Part shown: one piece after another, positions 42,701 to 51,700 of the stretch
How the letters are laid out: each line of letters begins with the position of its first letter
Position numbering within the stretch: position 1 is the stretch's first letter
NCBI GenBank assembly: GCA_028715415.1
Contig: JAQURX010000001.1
Coordinates: 154,584 to 218,583, forward strand
Origin: Candidatus Omnitrophota bacterium
GTDB taxonomy: Bacteria; Omnitrophota; Gorgyraeia; Gygaellales; Profunditerraquicolaceae
DNA length: 64,000 bases
Direction: 5' to 3'
Translations under genes and position numbers: made by a program
The notes under the pieces: generated by a model
Seen by the model: only the letters and a program-made list of their open reading frames with translations
What the model was told of the DNA's origin: nothing
Databases searched by the model: none

Positions 42701-45700
42701 GTTTGGTGAGTCTATGAATAACTGTGGTTTAGGAAGCACAATAAATGGTTGTTCAGTGTCTCCAAATACTTTGTAGTTTGTGCCTGCTCCTAATCCCCAA
42801 TAAATATCGTTAACTCTTACTTTTACTAACCCTTGAGCTTCAAGTGGCAAAGTCCAATTTATCGAGGTAGTTGTTGGCCCCCAATATTCAGGATGACCTG
42901 GATCATATGGGACTGGTGGATTAATAGTTTGACTAGTTATAAAATTATCTTTTGACCATTGGACTATGAAAGGTCCTCTTAATTTACCAAGCGAAGTCCA
43001 ATTGATAGTTCTAGTTTCTGTTACTGTCCATGGCTGGTTGCCATCAATTCTGGAGACTGTTATTACAGGGTATAGGATAGAGAATAGCTTTGATTCTCTT
43101 TTGTATTCCGTTGGTATGCTTGGCAATTCTATAGGCCTTTTAATTACTATATAGGCGGTTCCTGGAGAATAGGTGTCACCTACTGTCCAGTCAAAAGAAC
43201 CTTCAGAATTCAATGGCCCGCCAGTATCAATGTTATGCCAATTTGTTCCATCAGTATAAGTTAGCACAACTCCATCTGGAATGTAACCTGCTGTAGTCCA
43301 TTGAATTGTGTAAGTATCACCCATGTATAGAGTTTCAGAAGCAGCATCCGGATTCGGTTTAATAAAAACAAGCACAGGCTTACCAACTCTGAAATTAATT
43401 TCTTTAGATGCGCCTGAACCTCCATCTGCTATTGGGTCATAAATTCTGATAGTTGCTTTATCATTTTGATCATCAGGATCGTTAGGTAAAGCATCAGTTG
43501 GGACCATCCAGTCAAAACTCCCCTGGTCTGTATCTAGAATGCTGGAGCTTGTAATGGGGTTGTGAATAGCAGTGAATTCGTTGTTCGTTCTATTTCTCCA
43601 TTCAAAAACCAGTTTCTTAATTGCTTTTTGTGCTCCTCCAGTTGTTTGCCAAGATATTGGATGGCCTGTTGTTCCGACGACCCATGAGTCGTTTGTAGTC
43701 GGAGAAACAATAGTTATCGTTGGTTTTGTAATTGTAAAGTTGCTATTTGATGGATCGGATACATCCTCGGGTAGCCAAGAAGTATCAACAATTTTTAGTT
43801 TAACTTGCTGCAAGGAGTTTTGTCCTTCAGGAACGATATCTCTTGGAACTTGCCATGGAAGCGTGCATTGTGAATAACCAACCTCATCTACTTTTACAAT
43901 ATCCCCATTATTAAGGTTAGTTATTTTTATCCATGAGCCTGCGGCTCCACCGTTAGTTGAGTAATAGAATTCCAAAGAGTCATTTTTGATGGCTCCGATA
44001 TTGCGCCATACAATATTATGGGTTCCATGAGCATACCAAGTTTCTGTGCCATTTGGAACTTGTAAAGCTATGTGTGGAGTACCGAAGCTTAGTTTTCCGG
44101 ATAAACCAGATACTTTTGGTGTAGAAGTAGGAGAATCTTTAATTTCGACTTTTATATAGGCATTAAAAGTTTGTGTTGTTGGAATTTGGAGATATGTTGA
44201 ACCAGTATTATCTATTGCTGCTAGAGGACAAGTCCAAGGCCCATTCTCTCCGGCTGTTGAATAATAAATGTATGTTTTACCTGAATAATCAGGCCCGGGT
44301 GTACCTCCAATCTTAATAAAGTTATTACCGAAAGTTTCCCATTTGATTTCATATATTTTACCCATAGTTAAGGTTGCGCCGTCAGTTTGGTCAGGCGGGC
44401 TAATGATGTTTAATTTTGGCAGATTAAGGATTTCAAATGGCCCTACAGAAGTTTGAGGCTTTCCTTGTAGGGTGGTTGTGCTCCCGTTTTCTCCTTCATC
44501 TGTTATTCTTAACCAAACATTTTCACCAACAGCTTCAAGAGGAATATTTGTCCATGTATATTTTCGCTCTACATTTGAAACATCGCTATCGATAGTTGTC
44601 CAGGTGCCGTTAATTCCATTAGTTGAATCAATAGAATAGTCAATTTTTAGATAGTTACTTATTGTTCCGCTTGTGCTCCATTCAATAATATTGGTGTCTC
44701 CCTTAACCCATTTTGTAATAAAAGGAGATGGTGAGCTTATGCTTATTGTAGGTTTGTTTACATAGAAATCAATAGATTCTCCGGTACAAGGATTACTTTC
44801 AATTGTTCTTGCCCCATTTTGAGCAACTCTATTAGACAATGCCGTGCCAATAACCTGAACTCTGACAGGTAAGTCTATTCTTGGAGGAATTGCATCTAAA
44901 GGAACAGTCCATGTATAGCTTCCAATCGTAGAAGAATTTGGAGTAGGTCCGACAGTACCTATAGGAATAGGAGTAGGAGTAATATCTCCATAAGAGGTTT
45001 CTTCAGCTGCGTTATATTTTAGATATTTTAGAGTAACATTAGGCCCAAACATTTTTTGGTTCGTTGCCCAGTTAATTACTAATGGCTCTCCTGCTCTTAT
45101 TGCTGTTAAGCCTTGCGGAAGAGTTACGGTAATATTAGGGGCTGGAACAATGGCAAATGATCCGTTTAGGGTATCAATTATGGTTGCTCCTACGCTATCC
45201 CAATATTTCCCCGCGTCTACAGGTGAGAATATTTTAATCTGGCATTCATTGGATATTGTTGCAGGTATAGCCCAGCTTTTGTTTCCGCTGGCAGCGTCTA
45301 AGTTTGCACCAATAAATGTCCAGGTAGAAAAGACGTTTTGAGCGTTTTTATATCTATAATATATTGAAAGAGGATGTATTTCTTTTCCCGGAGGTAAAGG
45401 CGGTAATCCATAAACATCCCAGAGAATGAAGTTTTCTTTCCCTGCTTCCCAGATATCGCCGTTTATCGGAGAGGTTAATTTTAATGACAGGACTCTTAAG
45501 TCTGTTGGAGAATCCGCGACAATGTGGTCAAAATCATTAGAAGTTATTCTTATGCGAGATTGCTCTGAAAGAATTAAAGGAATAGTTGTCGCATCCGAAG
45601 GCACTGTCCATGTCAATAAACCATTGTTGGGTGCGTTTTCGGCGATTGTATAGTAATCATTTTTATCTAGACGATGAAGTTGAATTTTAACCGTGTTAGT

Positions 45701-48700
45701 TGCTCCATTAATTCCATCAGAATTCCAGGTTAGATCATAAGTAGAGCCAATATTTAAAATAGATACAGCTGCTCCGGTAGAGTTTAATTTTACAGCATTA
45801 ACTGTAAGATAAGGGTTCACATATTCAATAACTAAGTTATTTAATACAGGTTTTTCCTGGCCGTCAGAATACAGTATTGCTTTGTATTGAAGGTATCTGG
45901 TGTTATGCGCTTCTGTATGGGCTGAATTAATAATTGTATAATAATCCGGTAGCTTAGAGTATGCTGGGTTAACTGGGGTAGAGCCGGTTTGATCGGTATA
46001 GAAGGTTAAGTCTCCTCCGAGAGTTACACTAGCTGAAGCTAATCTTGGAGTAGCTTTTCCGTCTCTAGAATGTAAAAATGCGCGGTAATAAAAATCTCCG
46101 GAATTAAAACCCGCAATATCTCGTTGGAATACGGTTAATCTTGCAGGAGTGATTTCTGTGGCGAGATTGGCTTGGGCATATCCGCCAGTTGTGGCTAATT
46201 GCCAAGCTGCCCCTGTCCAGTAATACCACTGCCATCCGTCGCGGGAAATCTGGTATTTAATTTCAAGTTCATCGCCTGTTCCCGAAGGTATGTCTTTTAC
46301 CGGATTAAACGAATCAATCTTGACTCCCTTATTTAAGTTGAAATCATAATTGTAGTATACGCCCATTACCGGTTGAATGCATGGGTTATCAGTGGAATAT
46401 CCATAGTTAACATTTGAGTAGTCTTGTTCGCTCATATAGGTTAAAGATTGGATTATGTCTGTAGCAGTTCCAAAGTTATAATTACTTCTGACTTCCTCTT
46501 GTGTTAAAGCTCTGTTATAAAAACGAACTTCATCAAGCCTTCCGTTTAAATAGCCCCACGAACTGCCAAAAGTATTACCAGAAGTGTAGCCGTTAGCAAA
46601 GCCCAGGCCTAGAGGAGCATTAGTATTTAATGCGTATTTTGCTCCAGATCTTGAATTAACCAGTCTGCCGTCTAAATACATTTTAGAATTGCGTTGGAAA
46701 GCCTGGGCTGTGTTTCCGTTATAAATCACTGACAAATGGTGCCAAGTGTTTAAGGAAGGCAAAGTTGTGCTAATCGTGTATTCAGTGCCATCTTTACAAC
46801 CTAAGTAGAAATATAAATAGCCATATGCGCTTCTTACAAAGAATCCCCAGTATCTGCCGTTTAAGTCGTTATAATAATCGGCTTTTCCAATTAGAACTCC
46901 CGGTTTATTGCTTTTTAACAAGAACCATAAATCAACTGTAAAGTCTGTGTTAAAGTTTTGTTCACTGTTTGGAGGAGATACTATTGAACCGAAGTTATCT
47001 GCTTGGGGTATTGAGCCATACGTATTGATTCCATTAAGGTTTAAACAGTTGCCAACCTTGCCCGGCAGCCATGAGCCATTTACTATTCCTTCGGTTGAGC
47101 CGGTGTATATTTTACCGTTATTTAGAGTATCTTCAGAAGAATCTTTTACTAATGTTGAATTCCCCTGTCCGTCTTCAAAAGACCAATATCCAATTAAATT
47201 AGTAGCATTAATAAAGTTATTCAATGAAAAATTAGGTGAAGCAGCGCTAAGGTTACCATAATAAAGATATATTCGTTGTGTATTCTTAAAAGAAAGCAAA
47301 TAAGGTATTTTGAGATAGAAAGAAGCGGTTTTATTTACGGAATCAAAACTGATAACCTTATATTTAAGTTCTTGATATCCGTCAGAAAATCTTAAGTCTG
47401 CTCCATCCGGGCGAGCCTGATTATTAGTAACGCGTTGCCAAAAAGTCGGATTGCTTGAAAGGTCCATTTTCACTAATCCTACCCAATCTTTTCTATCCTG
47501 TAAACATGAATATGAGATTTCAATCGGTTGCCTGTATGACCAGCCGCTGGTAAATAAGGAAATCTGATTAGAGTTTGTATCTACTGTGGAAGTAGGGTTT
47601 GGTGAAACATATTTATGGAATTCTTTGTGAGCTTGAATTTCAATTTGAGTTAAGGCTTTATCGTAAAGCCGAACTTCATCCATTATACCGTTAAAACAGA
47701 GGTTGCCCGCCGTATCTGCGCTTAGCCAGAAATTGGTACTATTTGAAATATCTCCTAATGGGTTGCTGCCGCTTACTAAATTAAATGCAGCTCCGTTTGG
47801 CAAGCCATCAACGAAAAATCTTCCTGTATTAGTGCTGCCATCTCTTGTGATTACCAATGCGATGTGATGCATATTGCCATCATTTATGTTGTTTGGGCCG
47901 ATAGATGAGATTATATTAGTTCCGTCATACATTTTAAGTGCGGGCCTACCTTGTTCAACACCAAATACAAATCCTTTGGTTGAATCGTATTTTCTTGCAA
48001 TTGTTCCATATAATGCAGAGGTTTGGATCCAAGCTTCAAGGCTAAAGCTTTGGTTAAAATCAAAGTCTTCCCAATCGCGGTTTAGAATTGTTCCATACCC
48101 TTCGCAATCAACATATTGATTTATCCCATTAAAGCTTAAGGCTTTTCCAATTTTTCCCGTAACCCAAGGAGAGTTATTATATAATCTTCCAGAATTCTTC
48201 CCTGTTACATCTATGATTGTATTTCCCGCACCTTCTTCAAAATCCCAATAAGCAATTAAATTAGCGCTATCTTTGTGAACATCCATTGTGCGGCTAAAGT
48301 TGCTTTCTGCGTCTATAATTTTATTTCCATAATACATTTTTATGTTGGTTATGCCTGTAGGCAGCGTCGGCATATTTACCCAGATTACTGCGTTATTGGA
48401 AGGGTGCCTATATCCTCCATATGTAAATGATTCAATGTAATATTCTAATCTTTCTCCGTTTGCATCAACAAACTTGATGTCATCTCCTTTGATCTGAGCG
48501 TAATCCCAGTAATTATACAAAGAACTGTTGATATTTACACGGACTTGATAACTATCCAGTTCATCTCCTGTATTATTTATCTGAATATTCTTCCAGTAAA
48601 AAGCAGGTTTTGTTATTACTGCTCCTCCAGTTGGGGCCAGATTGATGTTTTTGTCCATTGCATAGTCAACTACATTAGTAAAATCGTAATTAAATATTTG

Positions 48701-51700
48701 GCTGGTTAGTGATGGTCCTTTCCATTCTCCCCAGCTTATGCCATCAGTAGAAGATCTTAATTGGAATCTAACATCGGTTCCGGGCAATAAGCTTTCGCCC
48801 CAGTTTACCTTTAAGGCTCTGCTATTATCTGAGCCTAAGTTATAAGTGTTTGAAGTAATCTCTTGTTGGGCAACCGGGTATCGTGTGTAGTCTAGTTCAA
48901 GTTTGTGCAAGATTGGTACTTCGGTACTGTTGTTGCTGCTAAAGTTGAATTTATATTGGACGTATTTATCTTTTGATTTTGCAGAAGCAGCGCTATTTAT
49001 ATTAGCTGTATATTTAGTCATGCCATCAACTACTTGGGGTGCCGAAATCTGCCTAAGGTCTATAGTTTTACTCCAGGCAGTCGCGTTACTCATGTTAGAT
49101 TTATCGCTTGTCCTTATGGATGGGCTTATTGATTGCAGGCCATTTGTAAACCATCTAAATTGCCCCCAGTCCGCATGTTTTCCAATTTCTTTTACGCTTG
49201 ATATATAATCACCAAATGAAAAGGCGTATAGTTTTAAGAAATCATATCTGCTTTGCCCTCTTAATGCATAGAAATATTTTCCTCCAGGGCAGGCCAGGGT
49301 TCCGGGAGCTTTTATTCCAACCGGTAAATTAGAGAATTCTGACCAGGTATTATTCACGAAATCGTATCTTAATACAACAGAAGAAGAATAATCTTGGTTA
49401 TAGTTTGTGCCTTGTAAGACATAAAAGTAATTTCCAAATCCCGGATAAATTAATTTACTGTTGTTATTATAAAATACCGCAGGAGCAAGTGCGAATTCTC
49501 CCCAGGCAGCGGGCCCGGCAAGATTATCTTTTGTAGTGTCAAATTTATATATCGTTGGAGAATTTGCGCCTCGCATTACCCATATGTAATTACCAGAGCC
49601 CGGATAAACCATACTAGCTCCCCAGCCTATTGTATCTGGGGTTGTGCTAAATAATGTCTGCCAGCTGTCATTTATCAAGTTGTATTTTAATACCGTTGTA
49701 TTACCGCTGGGCAATGCATAAATAGAGTCGTCTTTCCATACTAAGGAAGCGCCATAACTCCATGATACCGGAGAAGATCTTTTGCTTTCCCATGTATTAT
49801 CTGCTATTGAATAACGGTAAAAACCAGTTGAACTGACTCCTTGTGCAACATATATATAAGCGTTTCCTTGGAATTCTGCTATTGTCATAACAGGTGACCA
49901 GTTGCTTAAGTCAAAATTCGGGGTTTCCAAATTATCCCATATATCCGTTTCTGTATTATAGCGTAAAAGTTTTGTTCCCGAGCCTGTATAGTTTAATACA
50001 AAGACGTATCCTTTGTAACCAATTGCAGCGCTTCTGTAGCTTAATAGTTCTGGAATCCCTTGAGGTTCGTTCCATTTGTTATCATTTGGAGAATAGCAGT
50101 AAAAACGGTCATATTGAGGATTGTAAACATAAAGCATTTCTTTTGTTCCTCCCTGTCCGTCATCTACTGTTGCTGATACGATTGAATGGGCTGAACCATT
50201 AGAGTCAGTATTGTTAAAGGGTAGTTTAGCTATGTTTTCCCATTGTTTTGAAGTGTCTGCTTCATTAAAGTTATAACGCATTAAATAAGACGCAGGGTCT
50301 CTTGGGATACAATAAAGATATCGTCCATCATCTGGCGATGTTGAGTAAAAGAGAACTGCGCCAGTGTTTGCTACCACAGCTTCATTGTCTACGGAAATCA
50401 TACTCTGGGAAGAAATGTTTGAAGTTGGGTTAGGCATACTCATTTCAAAGAAATTTGTGTCAGTTTTATCTGGGTTAACGAAGAAGAGCCTTGGTAAACC
50501 ATCTTTGTTAAGGCCATATGTTAAAACATTGCTTCTGTAGAAATTTTGAGTAAAAGGTAAGGTCATGATTTCAGACCAGTTTCCGGAAACAGTATCAAAT
50601 TCGTAGAATTTATTTCTATTTGTTTTAAAGTTGCCCACTCCGGCAAAGAACAATGATTTTCTTTCGGGGCAATATATAATTTGAGTTCCAAGGGCAAAAG
50701 TTTCCGGGCAGCTGTTTGCAGTAAGGCTCCATGTTTTAGTGTTTAAATTATATTTATATAATTTATTTGTGATCCTGCCTCCAGTTGCATAGATTGTGCC
50801 TAAATCTCCTTGTGTACTGCTTGGTACATACTCTATTTTGGAGCCATTAATTTTAAAAGGAGTGCGGATAATATCTGCCCAGCGCCCCTTAGCAACAGAA
50901 TACACCCAAATTATATCTGTAAGAGTATTAGTTGCGTAAGGGCCATAACAAACATAAATATTTTTTTGGCTATCAATTGCTGTATTCCCCGTGCGATATC
51001 CTCCCATAGGTGTATAATCCATTAATGGGTCGCTCCATGCAGAAGCGAATAGATCACCGGAATTTACAAAATCAAAATCAAACTTATAGAATGATGGGTC
51101 TGGGTATGGAAGTGTATACAAACCTTTGTAATCACCTGTTGCTACATGGCAAAGTCCCATGCGATATTGGGAAAATGGAGTAGCCCCGGCAGAGGTCTTG
51201 ATTAGTTCGTTCCATGTTCCTTGAATGTCCCCAAGAGAGCCGGCTTCCAGGCAATATCTAGCCCAGGTAAAGCCGTGTTGTTCGTCGGCATGTCCGGAGA
51301 AAGCATAGATGTATTTTCCTTTGGTTCCTAAATCAACGTAGGTTAAACTGTTTCCTCCTGAGTAACAGGCCAAATAAACCGGAGAATCTGCCAATCTCTC
51401 CCAAGTATTAGTGGTAATGTCATATCTATAGAGTATGTAACTATCTCCATTTGTAGCGTAAATATATTGTCCACTACCCGGGTAAACTAAGTTTGTCCCC
51501 GGGGTAAAATACGGCCAAGTTGTTGGAGGGCTCGCCGGTGCTAAGTTAACCCATCCATTAGTAGTATCAAAGCGATAAAAGTCTCTTGTTCGGGAATTAG
51601 AGCTCCATTGAGTGCTCCAGTTTGTACCTCGGGTTGCATATATATAAGGAATATCCATATTTGGTGTGCCTACAGATGCAGGAACGCCAACAATACAAGA

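Noticed and set aside
41333-50202. About a dozen 60-117 aa plus-strand ORFs (e.g. 41333..41542, 46908..47261, 49894..50202) and the minus-strand ORF 52126..52365 inside the giant gene
   Set aside because: They are antisense or out of frame to a continuous 13.5-kb ORF with coherent domain structure. They have no RBS or motifs. Spurious.
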